This document shows positions 9,987 through 19,957 of a DNA stretch of 64,000 bases, piece by piece; position 1 is the stretch's first letter; every line of letters begins with the position of its first letter. Both the position numbers and the translations under genes were made by a program. Source of the stretch: a bacterium (GTDB lineage: Bacteria > Patescibacteriota > Dojkabacteria > B142 > OLB20). The notes under the pieces were generated by a model, which worked only from the letters and a program-made list of their open reading frames with translations, was not told the origin of the DNA and did no database searches. The stretch spans positions 12,080 to 76,079 of the forward strand of contig JAJTYI010000002.1 in NCBI GenBank assembly GCA_021463645.1. Direction: 5' to 3'.

Positions 9987-11879
9987 ATGAACAAAATTAA
10001 CAACATTAGAAATTTTGCAATAATTGCCCATATTGATCATGGGAAATCGACCCTATCTGATAGAATTCTGGAATTGACTAATACTGTTAGCCAACGAGAA
10101 AGTTCTGACAGAATGATGGATACTCTAGAATTGGAGCAAGAGAAAGGTATTACAATAAAATTGCAGACTGCAAGAATGGAGTATCAGTACGATGGCCAAA
10201 TTGATAAATTTCAAAGTGAAAAACCATACATTTTAAATCTCATAGATACTCCGGGGCATGTTGATTTTGGTTACGAAGTTTCTAGATCTCTTTCAGCTGT
10301 TCAAGGTGCAATTTTACTTGTTGATGCTACACAAGGCATACAAGCTCAGACCATAACAAATGTCTACAAAGCACTTGAGTATGATTTACTAATCATACCT
10401 GTTATCAATAAAATCGATCTACCAAATGCAAATGTCCCAGCACTAAAAAATGAACTTGAATTAGTATTTGGATTCGACGAGGAAGATATATTGCTCACAT
10501 CTGGAAAAACTGGCGAAGGTGTTGACGTTTTACTACAAAGAATCGTAGAGAGAATTGATTCACCCACAGATACATCTGACAAACCACTAAGGGCATTAGT
10601 TTTTGATTCCTACTACCATGAGCACAAAGGTGTTGTAGCAGAAGTATACATTGAAGATGGTAGATTACAAAAAGATGAGGCAATGAAATTAATTGGCTCA
10701 GATATTGAAATCGAACCCATAGAAATTGGTTATCTTAATCCCAATATGGTTAAAAATGAATATATAAATTCAGGTGAAGTCGGTTATATTGCCACTGGAC
10801 TTAAAAACATCAGAGACGTTCATGTTGGAGACACACTTACAACTCTTGCTGCATATGAGAAAGAGGAAATCCAGCCACTTGTGGGCTATAAACCCGTCAA
10901 ACCTATGGTATTTGCCTCAGTATTTCCAATTGAAAGTGACAACTATAACGAATTCCGAGATGCTATGGAAAAGCTAGCATTAAATGATGCAGCATTGTCA
11001 TATACAAAAATACACTCTCAAGCACTAGGATCTGGATTTTTATGTGGTTATCTTGGATTACTACATCTCGAAGTAGTACAAGAGAGATTAGAGAGAGAAT
11101 TTAACATTGACCTTATCACGACTGCACCAAGTGTTGAATACAGAGTAAAACTCAACACATCCGATTTTTCAAAACTACCAAATTACAACAACACTAACCT
11201 CACAGATGATGGATATTATATTATCCGTTCTGCGTCTGAATTCCCAGACCCATCTCTCATTAATACTATTGAAGAACCTTGGAACAAGATTGAAATCATT
11301 GCACCAGAAAAGTATATCGGAGGTTTGATGGAATTGGCAAAAGCCCACCGTGGAATTTACAAAAACATGACTTACATAAGCGATCAGTTAATTCACAGCC
11401 AAAGACATGTGACTCTAACTTATGAGATACCAACTGCGGAAATTATCACAACATTCTTTGACAAACTAAAGTCTGTTTCTCAAGGATATGCCTCGCTAGA
11501 CTACGAATTTTTAGATTTCCGAGATGGTGATATTGCAAAAGTTAATATAATGGTAAATTACGAGACAATTGAGGCTTTATCTTTTCTTTCTCACGAGTCG
11601 AATGCAGAAAACAAAGGAAGAATCGTAGTAGATAAGCTTAAAACACTTCTTCCTCGACAACAATTTAAGATTCCGATTCAAGCAGCAATTCACAATAAAA
11701 TTATTGCAAGAGAGACAATCCAAGCATTCAGGAAAGATGTAACCGCGAAATTATATGGTGGAGATATTACAAGGAAGAAGAAGCTCCTAGAAAAACAAAA
11801 GAAAGGAAAGAAACGTATGAAAATGTTTGGAAGTGTAGCGATTCCAAAGAACGTTTTTATTGAAGCCTTGAAAATGTAA
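9987..11879 (+). CDS. lepA: Elongation factor 4
   Basis: NIRNFAIIAHIDHGKSTLSDR, DTPGHVDF and NKIDL GTPase motifs, plus the LepA C-terminal region ..YGGDITRKKKLLEKQKKGKKRMK. Confidence 0.95.
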   Translation: MNKINNIRNFAIIAHIDHGKSTLSDRILELTNTVSQRESSDRMMDTLELEQEKGITIKLQTARMEYQYDGQIDKFQSEKPYILNLIDTPGHVDFGYEVSRSLSAVQGAILLVDATQGIQAQTITNVYKALEYDLLIIPVINKIDLPNANVPALKNELELVFGFDEEDILLTSGKTGEGVDVLLQRIVERIDSPTDTSDKPLRALVFDSYYHEHKGVVAEVYIEDGRLQKDEAMKLIGSDIEIEPIEIGYLNPNMVKNEYINSGEVGYIATGLKNIRDVHVGDTLTTLAAYEKEEIQPLVGYKPVKPMVFASVFPIESDNYNEFRDAMEKLALNDAALSYTKIHSQALGSGFLCGYLGLLHLEVVQERLEREFNIDLITTAPSVEYRVKLNTSDFSKLPNYNNTNLTDDGYYIIRSASEFPDPSLINTIEEPWNKIEIIAPEKYIGGLMELAKAHRGIYKNMTYISDQLIHSQRHVTLTYEIPTAEIITTFFDKLKSVSQGYASLDYEFLDFRDGDIAKVNIMVNYETIEALSFLSHESNAENKGRIVVDKLKTLLPRQQFKIPIQAAIHNKIIARETIQAFRKDVTAKLYGGDITRKKKLLEKQKKGKKRMKMFGSVAIPKNVFIEALKM

Positions 11880-11881
11880 AA

Positions 11882-13432
11882 CTAAGCGAGTAGGTTTCTC
11901 CCAGTCATCTCTTGTGGTTTGGGAAGTCCAAGTAATGCCAGTATTGTAGGTGCAACGTCCGCTAATATTCCAAAACTAAGTTCACGAGCTTCTAAATTTT
12001 TTTGAACAATTACCAAAGGAACTGGATTTGTGGAATGTTTAGTATCAACTTGTCCGGTTTGCTGATTTACTAATTCTTCAGCATTTCCGTGATCTGCTGT
12101 GATAATCAACGCACCATTTTTGGCAAGTACAGCTTCTGTGATTTGACCAATCGCTTTATCGATTACTTCCATTGCTCTAACAGTGGCATCAATAACTCCA
12201 GTATGACCTACCATATCTGCGTTAGCAAAGTTTGTGATTATCAAATCATAATAATCACTCTGAATTTTCTCAAGTAAAACATCAGTAATCATTTGAGCAC
12301 TCATTTCTGGCTTCTGGTCATATGTTGAAACATCACGAGGAGATGGTACTTCTACCCAGTCTTCACCAGGATTTTGTTTCTGATTTCTACCATTCATAAA
12401 GTAAGTGACATGAGGAAACTTCTCGGATTCAGCTAATCTCAGTTGTCGAAGTCCACTCTCAGAAATAACTTTTCCTAAAGAATTGACAATGTTTTCTGGG
12501 GGAAATGCAACTCGAAATGGATAACCTTTTTCGTAATTAGACATACCGACGAAATAAAGATCTTCAATCATTACTCTATCCCATCCTGGGAAATTCGTAT
12601 CTTCGAAAGCCCTAGTTAACTGTACAGCCCTATCTGGTCTAAAATTAAAGAAAATCATCGCATCACCAGGATTAACGATATTCTGGCCTTCTTCTTTCTT
12701 CCCAACAAAAAATGGGGTTATGTACTCATCAAACACGTTTTTCTTATACGATTCTTTTAGAGCATCCCTCCAATCATCTACTTGCTGACCTACACCTTGT
12801 GTGATCAAATCATATGCTAACTTAGTTCTATCCCATCTCTCATCTCGATCCATCGAATAATATCTCCCAATTATACTAGCAATCCGACCAATTTTATCTC
12901 TAGAGAGTTCAACTTCCAGATTTTCTAATAATTTATATGCTCCTTTTGGTGGAGAATCCCTACCGTCAGTGAATGCATGAACTATTAAACTTTTTTCGGG
13001 AAGTTTCATCTTTCTTGCCATCTCGATTAAAGCTAACAAATGCCCATAGGAGGAATGTACTTGCCCAGCTCCTACTAAACCAATCAGGTGTACCTTATGA
13101 TCTTTCCCGCGAGACATTGCATTGAGTAACTGCTCATTTTTATAAAAATGTCCAGAGTTAATGGAATTGTCAATTCTAGGAAGTTCCTGAAAAATAATCT
13201 TGCCAGCACCCATGTTCATATGTCCAACTTCGCTATTTCCGTCAACACCATGTGGAAGTCCAACATTAATGCCTGCGGCGTAGAGATATGTGTGAGGAAA
13301 CCTAGGCCACAAAGAGTCAAGATTAGGGGTTTTAGCTAATGTCACTGCGTTGGCTGGACTTTGAGGTGCAACCCCAACGCCGTCCATAATTAACAACACG
13401 AGTGGTTTTGGTTTAATAAAAATATTTGCCAA
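11882..13432 (-). CDS. gpmI: 2,3-bisphosphoglycerate-independent phosphoglycerate mutase
   Basis: LLIMDGVG, NSEVGHMNMGAG and ITADHGNAE motifs; about 515 aa. Confidence 0.9.
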   Translation of the reverse strand: MANIFIKPKPLVLLIMDGVGVAPQSPANAVTLAKTPNLDSLWPRFPHTYLYAAGINVGLPHGVDGNSEVGHMNMGAGKIIFQELPRIDNSINSGHFYKNEQLLNAMSRGKDHKVHLIGLVGAGQVHSSYGHLLALIEMARKMKLPEKSLIVHAFTDGRDSPPKGAYKLLENLEVELSRDKIGRIASIIGRYYSMDRDERWDRTKLAYDLITQGVGQQVDDWRDALKESYKKNVFDEYITPFFVGKKEEGQNIVNPGDAMIFFNFRPDRAVQLTRAFEDTNFPGWDRVMIEDLYFVGMSNYEKGYPFRVAFPPENIVNSLGKVISESGLRQLRLAESEKFPHVTYFMNGRNQKQNPGEDWVEVPSPRDVSTYDQKPEMSAQMITDVLLEKIQSDYYDLIITNFANADMVGHTGVIDATVRAMEVIDKAIGQITEAVLAKNGALIITADHGNAEELVNQQTGQVDTKHSTNPVPLVIVQKNLEARELSFGILADVAPTILALLGLPKPQEMTGRNLLA

Positions 13433-13580
13433 TGTAATAGACCTATATCTTCATAGATTAGTTTAATTCTTATCTCTCGTCAATGCTTCTTAGAAAGAAG
13501 TGTTTGTTCCATAAGTATAATTTTACAAATGCAATAACTTAATAGACTACAGCAAAGAAGTCTGATATAAATGATATGTA

Positions 13581-14093
13581 ATGAAAAAAATCACTGGAAC
13601 AAAATTAAAAAAGTTTAATAAAAAAAATAAACCCGATAGAGAAATTATTTTGATATTAGACAATTTAGAATACGCGAGAAATGTTGCGTCCATATTCAAT
13701 CTCGCATTTGCATTAAAAGTTGAAACAATATTTCTGACAGGAATCACTACAACACCCCCGTTTGGAAAAGATTTACAAAAAGTATCTAAACGACGTGAAG
13801 AACACTTATTTTGGAAAAAGGAGAAAAATTTACCAATTTTAGTTGAAAAACTTAAAAGCCAGGGAGTAACTACAATTGCACTTGCTAAAACTGAAGATTC
13901 TATAAGTTTTGATTTAATAAATTCTAACCAACTTGCCAATAAAGTTGCTATAATAGTCGGCAACGAAAAACAAGGATTGTCCAATAAACTGCTTTCTGAA
14001 GTAGATATTGTAACTATCGTTCCTGTTTTTCGTCCCCTAGCTCACTTGAACGTAGTCAATGAACTAGCAGTATTAGCCTATAAATTAGTTTAA
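13581..14093 (+). CDS. SpoU/TrmH-family RNA 2'-O-methyltransferase
   Basis: IIVGNEKQGLS and the LNVVNELAVLAY C-terminal knot-region motifs. Confidence 0.7.
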   Translation: MKKITGTKLKKFNKKNKPDREIILILDNLEYARNVASIFNLAFALKVETIFLTGITTTPPFGKDLQKVSKRREEHLFWKKEKNLPILVEKLKSQGVTTIALAKTEDSISFDLINSNQLANKVAIIVGNEKQGLSNKLLSEVDIVTIVPVFRPLAHLNVVNELAVLAYKLV

Positions 14094-14104
14094 AACCCAT
14101 TATC

Positions 14105-15505
14105 ATGAATTATCGGAGAACAAAAATAGTATGCACTATTGGCCCATCTAGCTGGAATGCCGAAACAGTTAAGTCAATGTTTGAAGCAGGTATGAACGTT
14201 GCACGTATCAATGGTGCTTTCGCTGATGTAGCTGAGCTACAAAGAGTAGAGAAATTAATCAGAGGAATCAGCCCTAGAATAGCTCTTATGCTTGATATTA
14301 AAGGCCATGAAGTCAGATTGAATAAATTCTCAGAAGCTCTCCCAATAAGAAAAGGTGATGTTGTTGTTTTGGGTAAAGATTCTTCTGAAAATATTTACCC
14401 TGCAACTTTCCCGAATTTATACAAGGATTTAGAAGTTGGTCAAAAAATCATGATGGACAAAGGAGCAGCTGGATTAGAAGTTGTAAAAATAACATCTGAT
14501 GGGAAAATTCATGCAAAAGTTTTGTTCGGGGAGAAAATCGCACCTGGAAAAGGCATGAACTTTCCGGGAGCCAAACTTTCAAATGAAGCAATCACGGATA
14601 TTGACAAAGAACAGATAATATATTGCGGGAAAGCAGGTTGGGAATTTGTCTCAGCTTCTTTCATTCGAAATAAACATGATATAGCAATTGTCAAAGAGGC
14701 ATTTGGTGATAGTAAAATCAACCTAATTGCAAAAATTGAGGATCAACAAGGAGTAGACAATATTGACGACATCATAGAAAATAGCGATGGAATCATGATT
14801 GCGAGAGGAGACCTAGGTTCCGAACTACCACTAGAAAAACTTCCATGGCTCCAGAAACAAATTATTCATAAATGCAACCAAAAAGCGAAACCTGTTATAT
14901 TGGCAACCAACTTACTTGAATCTATGACAGTGAATGTATTTCCTACCAGAGCAGAAGTTACAGATGTTGCTAATGGAGTTATGGAAGGAACAGATTCCTT
15001 AATGACATCAGGAGAAACTGCACAAGGTAAATATCCGATAGAATCTGTTGAGATGTTAGACAAGATTGCTCGAGAAACAGAGCAATACCTAGAACCGATG
15101 TTTATTAGTGAGACTTATGACCCTTCAAATGATCTTACACTTTTCCCAGCTCAAGCAATCTATGAGAGCGCTATGGATCCAGAGGTTGATAAAGTTCTAG
15201 TTATATCTGAATCAGGTGTCGAATCCAGAATATTGTCACGTTACAACTTGCCTCAACCAATTATCGCATTTGTCTCGAATATAGTTTTCCAGAATCAACT
15301 CAATTTGACAAAGAATGTTCAAGGTAATGTATTTACTTCTGATAAAAAGGACAAAGATACAATTGTAAGGGAGTTGATACAATTTGCTCTAAAAGAAAAA
15401 TTAATACTAAATGTGGACAGAGTTATTGTCACCGGGAAAGTTAATGATGCAGATTCTAACTCTCCATATCTATTTGAATACTTTGACGTTTCAAAAAGCT
15501 TGTAG
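14105..15505 (+). CDS. pyk: Pyruvate kinase
   Basis: RRTKIVCTIGPSS, ARINGAF, MIARGDLG and SGETAQGKYP. Confidence 0.9.
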   Translation: MNYRRTKIVCTIGPSSWNAETVKSMFEAGMNVARINGAFADVAELQRVEKLIRGISPRIALMLDIKGHEVRLNKFSEALPIRKGDVVVLGKDSSENIYPATFPNLYKDLEVGQKIMMDKGAAGLEVVKITSDGKIHAKVLFGEKIAPGKGMNFPGAKLSNEAITDIDKEQIIYCGKAGWEFVSASFIRNKHDIAIVKEAFGDSKINLIAKIEDQQGVDNIDDIIENSDGIMIARGDLGSELPLEKLPWLQKQIIHKCNQKAKPVILATNLLESMTVNVFPTRAEVTDVANGVMEGTDSLMTSGETAQGKYPIESVEMLDKIARETEQYLEPMFISETYDPSNDLTLFPAQAIYESAMDPEVDKVLVISESGVESRILSRYNLPQPIIAFVSNIVFQNQLNLTKNVQGNVFTSDKKDKDTIVRELIQFALKEKLILNVDRVIVTGKVNDADSNSPYLFEYFDVSKSL

Positions 15506-15558
15506 GTATTTACTTTTAAAGCTTCAATTAGTAAGATTATCTATTACTAGAGCGTCCT

Positions 15559-16395
15559 TTGGAGAAGATTTTCTACTATCTTAAAGAATTTAGATATACT
15601 CAGTGGGTAAAAAACTTAGTAGTTTACCTTCCTATGTTTTTTGGTGGAAAATTTACAAGCATTGAGACTATTCAGCACTCGACCTTCGCATTTATATTAT
15701 TCTCACTCACTGCAAGTTTGGTATATGTCATAAACGACATCCGAGATGTTGAAGAGGATCGACTTCACCCAGAAAAAAAATATAGACCACTTGCGTCTGG
15801 CAAAATAAATAACTCAGAAATAAAACTCATACTCCTATTTATGTTACTGGTATTTGGTCTATCACTCTATTTCATAGACCAAACTGAATTTAAACTGGTA
15901 TTAATAACCTATTTCATTATTAATATTCTATATTCACTTGGGTTGAAAAGAATTCCTATATTAGAGATGTTCATTGTTTCCTTTTGTTATACTCTCAGAC
16001 TTTTAGGTGGCGGATTCATTACCAATATCGAAATCTCCCCATGGTTAAATTTATTAATTTTTTCAGGAGCTATGTTGATAATTGGTGGCAAGAGACTTAC
16101 TGAAAAACGAAATTCTAATGTCAGATTTGTACTAAGATATTATCCTGAAAAATTATTACGTTCATGGGTAGTTATAACTGCGATCTTCTCTATTATTTTT
16201 ATGTTTTTATATACTATTGCTCAAGGTTTAATTTACATACCCCAGTCTATTATTTTCTCGCTAGCAATAATTCGTTTTCTCTTTTTACTTGAAACAACCA
16301 AAAAGGGAGAATCTACAGAAATTCTATATGATAAAATAATACTTTCACTATTAATCTTGTTCACACTTTATTCCTTCTACATAATATATTTCTAA
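15559..16395 (+). CDS. UbiA-superfamily prenyl/phosphoribosyl transferase (DPPR-synthase-like)
   Basis: NDIRDVEEDRLHPEKKYRPLASG Asp-rich motif; 8-9 predicted TM helices. Confidence 0.7.
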   Translation: MEKIFYYLKEFRYTQWVKNLVVYLPMFFGGKFTSIETIQHSTFAFILFSLTASLVYVINDIRDVEEDRLHPEKKYRPLASGKINNSEIKLILLFMLLVFGLSLYFIDQTEFKLVLITYFIINILYSLGLKRIPILEMFIVSFCYTLRLLGGGFITNIEISPWLNLLIFSGAMLIIGGKRLTEKRNSNVRFVLRYYPEKLLRSWVVITAIFSIIFMFLYTIAQGLIYIPQSIIFSLAIIRFLFLLETTKKGESTEILYDKIILSLLILFTLYSFYIIYF

Positions 16396-16399
16396 AAAT

Positions 16400-17308
16400 A
16401 TGAACTCTAATTACGAGATATTGCTCTATTATAAGTATGTGGATATTGATGACCCTGAAGTCCTCAAGTCTCAACAAATTGACTTATGCAATCAATTGAA
16501 TTTAAAGGGACGTATAATCGTTTCTCAAGAAGGTATAAATGGAACTGTTGAGGGGGTTAAAGAAAACACCGAGAAATACATCGATATTATGCTTGCGGAT
16601 AAGAATTTTAAAGACACTCATTTCAAACGCAGTGTTGGAAATGGGAAAGCATTCCCAAAGTTAAAAATCAAAGTGAGACCTGAGCTAGTTAGTTTGCATT
16701 TAGGTGACGAAGATATAAATCCCCAAGAGATTACCGGGACATATCTAGAACCAGATGAGCTACATAGATGGTTTCAGGATGAGAAAGAATTCTATATCAT
16801 TGATATGCGTAACGACTATGAACATGTAGTTGGTCAATTTGAGAATTCAGTTTTACCCAGTCTGCATAATTTCCGCGACTTACCTGCAGCACTCCCGGAA
16901 TTAGAACATCTAAAAGAAAAAACAATACTCACTGTTTGTACTGGTGGTGTCCGTTGTGAGAAAGCTTCTGGTTACTTATTAAGCAAAGGATTCAAAGATG
17001 TCTATCAACTCAATGGTGGGATTGTATCTTACATGGAGAAGTATCCAAATCAAAACTTCCTCGGCAAATTATATGTTTTCGATAGCAGAGTTGTTATGGG
17101 TTTTAATACCGATTCAGAAGACCATAAGATAATTTCTAAATGCGATAAATGTGGTGAACTTTCTGATAATTATGTCGACTGTAAATATATCCACTGCAAA
17201 GGCCATAGACAGTTTATTTGCTGTGGGAAATGCTTGAAAAACAAAGACAACGAATACTGTTGTGAGGACTGCTTAGATAAAGATGCTATTGAAGAAAAAG
17301 AATCTTAA
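16400..17308 (+). CDS. trhO: Rhodanese-domain protein, UPF0176/TrhO family (tRNA U34 hydroxylase-like)
   Basis: LLYYKYVDIDDPE N-terminus, rhodanese active-site loop CTGGVRCEKASG and a Cys-rich C-terminal tail. Confidence 0.8.
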   Translation: MNSNYEILLYYKYVDIDDPEVLKSQQIDLCNQLNLKGRIIVSQEGINGTVEGVKENTEKYIDIMLADKNFKDTHFKRSVGNGKAFPKLKIKVRPELVSLHLGDEDINPQEITGTYLEPDELHRWFQDEKEFYIIDMRNDYEHVVGQFENSVLPSLHNFRDLPAALPELEHLKEKTILTVCTGGVRCEKASGYLLSKGFKDVYQLNGGIVSYMEKYPNQNFLGKLYVFDSRVVMGFNTDSEDHKIISKCDKCGELSDNYVDCKYIHCKGHRQFICCGKCLKNKDNEYCCEDCLDKDAIEEKES

Positions 17309-17382
17309 ATAATCCTTCCTGTTTTGAGATAAATTAATTTAATGTTATGATTATTTTTATATATTTTTCAAATTAATAAAAA

Positions 17383-18135
17383 ATGGCAACCAAAGAAGAA
17401 TCAAAAAGCATAACTATAGATTTAGATGTTGTGTTAATACCACTTTCTATTTTACTTTCGGCGGTAATGGTATCAGCTTCGATTCTGTACACATTCCGTG
17501 ATGGTTCAGTCAAAAAAACCACAACGACAACAACTGTCGGAGCAGTAGACTCTACTATCGAGTCTTTAGTGGAAGAAATTGAAGTGGATACTGATAAATT
17601 TGCTGAATGCGTTGCAGACAATGATTTTAAAGATGAGATTGCTAAAGACACGTCTGATGGACAAGCTGCTGGAATTACTGGTACCCCCGGTTTTGTTGTT
17701 GGTAAATTAAATGGTGATGGTCAAGTTGATGGAGTTGTAATTTCCGGAGCTCAGCCATATAGCTCATTTAAGACAGAGATTGACAATTATCTATCTGGAG
17801 CAGGTGAATCTACAGCAAAAGTGAGTATTGATGATGATCCATATTTGGGTGATAAAGACAAAGTAAAAGTCGCTCTTGTTGAATTTTCAGATTTTGAGTG
17901 TCCTTTCTGTCAGAAATTTCACAATGATACTTTTGAACAAATAATTTCAGACTATGTTGATTCTGGTAAAATCATTTATGTTTACAGAGATTTCCCTCTA
18001 AGTTTCCATGAACCAAAAGCTTCTGAAGCTGCAAATGCAGCAAATTGTGTCCAAAAAGTTGCAGGAAATGAAAAATATTTTGAATTCTCAAAACTTTACT
18101 ACGAAAGAACCCAGTCAAACGGAAAAGGACTATAA
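17383..18135 (+). CDS. Membrane-anchored DsbA-like thiol:disulfide oxidoreductase with permuted segment order
   Basis: N-terminal TM. The segment that normally ends DsbA-like domains (AAGITGTPGFVVG, cis-Pro loop) comes first. The normally N-terminal CxxC segment comes second (VALVEFSDFECPFCQKF..YVYRDFPLSFH). Confidence 0.7.
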   Translation: MATKEESKSITIDLDVVLIPLSILLSAVMVSASILYTFRDGSVKKTTTTTTVGAVDSTIESLVEEIEVDTDKFAECVADNDFKDEIAKDTSDGQAAGITGTPGFVVGKLNGDGQVDGVVISGAQPYSSFKTEIDNYLSGAGESTAKVSIDDDPYLGDKDKVKVALVEFSDFECPFCQKFHNDTFEQIISDYVDSGKIIYVYRDFPLSFHEPKASEAANAANCVQKVAGNEKYFEFSKLYYERTQSNGKGL

Positions 18136-18138
18136 AGT

Positions 18139-18183
18139 ATAGAAATTTAAAGATTAAGAAATTAAGGAATTCAGGAATTATAA
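18139..18183 (+). repeat. Diverged copy of the purine-rich post-stop-codon motif
   Basis: GTATAGAAATTTAAAGATTAAGAAATTAAGGAATTCAGGAATT lies directly after the dsbA-like stop. It aligns with the copies at 43.7, 46.1 and 62.7 kb read on their sense strand. Confidence 0.5.
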
Positions 18184-18184
18184 G

Positions 18185-18208
18185 TCCCTGCGAAAGCAGG
18201 GATTTTTT
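18185..18208 (+). terminator. Rho-independent terminator
   Basis: TCCCTGC-GAAA-GCAGGGA hairpin followed by TTTTTT. Confidence 0.7.
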
Positions 18209-18309
18209 GTTTTCGACTAGAACTACTCGAGTTTTGCAATCACTCCTTGAAAGGGGGGAAACCGCGAAGTCTCGTAAGTCCTCTCACACGTAGTTATTAA
18301 AGACAATCC

Positions 18310-18338
18310 TTGACAAAATATTACAAATATTTTATATT
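18310..18338 (+). promoter_or_regulatory. Sigma-70-type promoter (TTGACA-17 nt-TATATT)
   Basis: TTGACA at 18310-18315 and TATATT at 18333-18338 with a 17-nt spacer, immediately upstream of CIRCE. Confidence 0.6.
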
Positions 18339-18339
18339 A

Positions 18340-18366
18340 TTAGCACTCACATAGTACGAGTGCTAA
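18340..18366. promoter_or_regulatory. CIRCE operator (HrcA binding site)
   Basis: Perfect TTAGCACTC-N9-GAGTGCTAA inverted repeat. Confidence 0.85.
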
Positions 18367-18392
18367 TTATTTTATTTATTAATATTTTTACT

Positions 18393-18824
18393 ATGAGAAA
18401 TAGAAAACTTACGGTATTCAACCCTACTAGTATTTTCTCGGATGATTTTCTCGATACATTTTCAATGTTTCCTAGTTCAAATTGGGTAAGTGATCAGCCT
18501 AATCTAGAGATGTATGAGGATGAAGAAAATGTTGTAGTGAAATTAGCTGTGCCTGCTTTTAATGAGGATGACTTAGACATTAGCATCGAAGATAATGTAC
18601 TTACAATTTCGGGAACTTCCAAAGAAGAAGAGGAAAAAAATGAAGGAAAGAAATACTACTACAAAGGTATTAGAACAGAGTCATTTAGCAGATCTGTCAG
18701 CCTACCTGTCAGGGTTAAATCCGATAAGGCAGATGCAGAGGTAAAGAAAGGTGTCTTACATATTACTTTGCCTAAAGCTGAAGAAAGCAAAGCAAGTAGA
18801 ATCATGATTAAAGGTAAAAAATAA
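18393..18824 (+). CDS. Hsp20 / alpha-crystallin small heat-shock protein
   Basis: Alpha-crystallin domain (..VVVKLAVPAF..LTISG....SFSRSVSLP..AEVKKGVLHITLPK). Start moved to ATG 18393 because the GTG at 18360 lies inside CIRCE. Confidence 0.85.
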   Translation: MRNRKLTVFNPTSIFSDDFLDTFSMFPSSNWVSDQPNLEMYEDEENVVVKLAVPAFNEDDLDISIEDNVLTISGTSKEEEEKNEGKKYYYKGIRTESFSRSVSLPVRVKSDKADAEVKKGVLHITLPKAEESKASRIMIKGKK

Positions 18825-18843
18825 TTTTAATAATTAACGAAAA

Positions 18844-18866
18844 AGAGGCGCAAGCCTCTTTTTTTG
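18844..18866 (+). terminator. Rho-independent terminator
   Basis: AGAGGC-GCAA-GCCTCT hairpin followed by TTTTTTT. Confidence 0.8.
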
Positions 18867-18880
18867 TGTCAGCTTCGATA

Positions 18881-19957
18881 ATGTATAATAAAACACAAAT
18901 GATGAAACTGAAATTTATCAAAACCAGAATTCCACTAGCTAGAAATATTGATTCTGCAATACTCGCAGAGTTATTTTTAGTTAATTCGGTACTTTCCATT
19001 CTTGCAATTAGGGTTTTCTTGTCGATGACGAATTATCCCCAACTCGGTGGAGGTGATTTGCATATAGCCCATATGTTATGGGGAGGGACTCTGATGTTAA
19101 CTGCAATCTTTCTTTTAATATTTACCATAGGAAAACCAAGCCTGTATATTTCATCTATAATAGGTGGACTTGGATTTGGGACTTTTATTGATGAGTTAGG
19201 GAAATTTATCACTTCTGACAATGATTACTTCTTCCGACCTACAATTGCAATTATTTATTTATTATTTATAGCACTCTTCTTCATTTTTAGATATTTCTTC
19301 GTCAGGAGACCATTAAGTCCTAGAGAGTATCTAATTAACGCTGGTGACTTCCTCAAAGATATTATTGCAACGGAGGATTATGACCCGGAAGATGTTAAAA
19401 AACTTGAATACCTTTTGATAAACAGTTCCGCAAATCCTAAACTAATTGGACTCTTCCAACAAATCGCATTAGTATTTAAATCAGAAAAAACAAATAAGCA
19501 AAGTAGATACTATATACTTAAAAAATTTCTAAAATCTGAATTCCTAAAAATTGTTCATACAAATAAATTTAAAGATTTATTAAATAGTATCTTCACATTT
19601 AGAATTTTCTTCATTATTGGAAGTGTTTTAATTGGCCTGCTGATTTATGCTGACAATAAATTCTTTAATATTTTTAGTGAAATCGGTATTTTTGAGGTTG
19701 GTTTAGTTGTATCTGCTTTTATAACAAACTTAATAGCATTTCTTGGACTATACCGTTATAAAACAGAAACTGTTAAAAGATTAAATTGGTTTAGAACTTC
19801 CACCCTTTTTTCTATTCTTTTCTACACTTTCTTTTCGTTTTATTTCAATCAGCTTAGCGCACTTTTTGGTCTTACGTTAGAAATTTTCTTGTATTATGCA
19901 ATAGACATAATCATCTCCGTAGAGAGTAAGCCAAAAAACAACCCCCTCACGAATTAA
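18881..19957 (+). CDS. Polytopic membrane protein, unknown function
   Basis: Start moved to ATG 18881, downstream of the terminator. Multiple hydrophobic helices at both ends. Confidence 0.5.
   Translation: MYNKTQMMKLKFIKTRIPLARNIDSAILAELFLVNSVLSILAIRVFLSMTNYPQLGGGDLHIAHMLWGGTLMLTAIFLLIFTIGKPSLYISSIIGGLGFGTFIDELGKFITSDNDYFFRPTIAIIYLLFIALFFIFRYFFVRRPLSPREYLINAGDFLKDIIATEDYDPEDVKKLEYLLINSSANPKLIGLFQQIALVFKSEKTNKQSRYYILKKFLKSEFLKIVHTNKFKDLLNSIFTFRIFFIIGSVLIGLLIYADNKFFNIFSEIGIFEVGLVVSAFITNLIAFLGLYRYKTETVKRLNWFRTSTLFSILFYTFFSFYFNQLSALFGLTLEIFLYYAIDIIISVESKPKNNPLTN

Noticed and set aside
13547-13984. 145-aa minus-strand ORF
   Set aside because: It is antisense to the well-supported SpoU/TrmH methyltransferase gene, has low-complexity hydrophobic content and has no motif.
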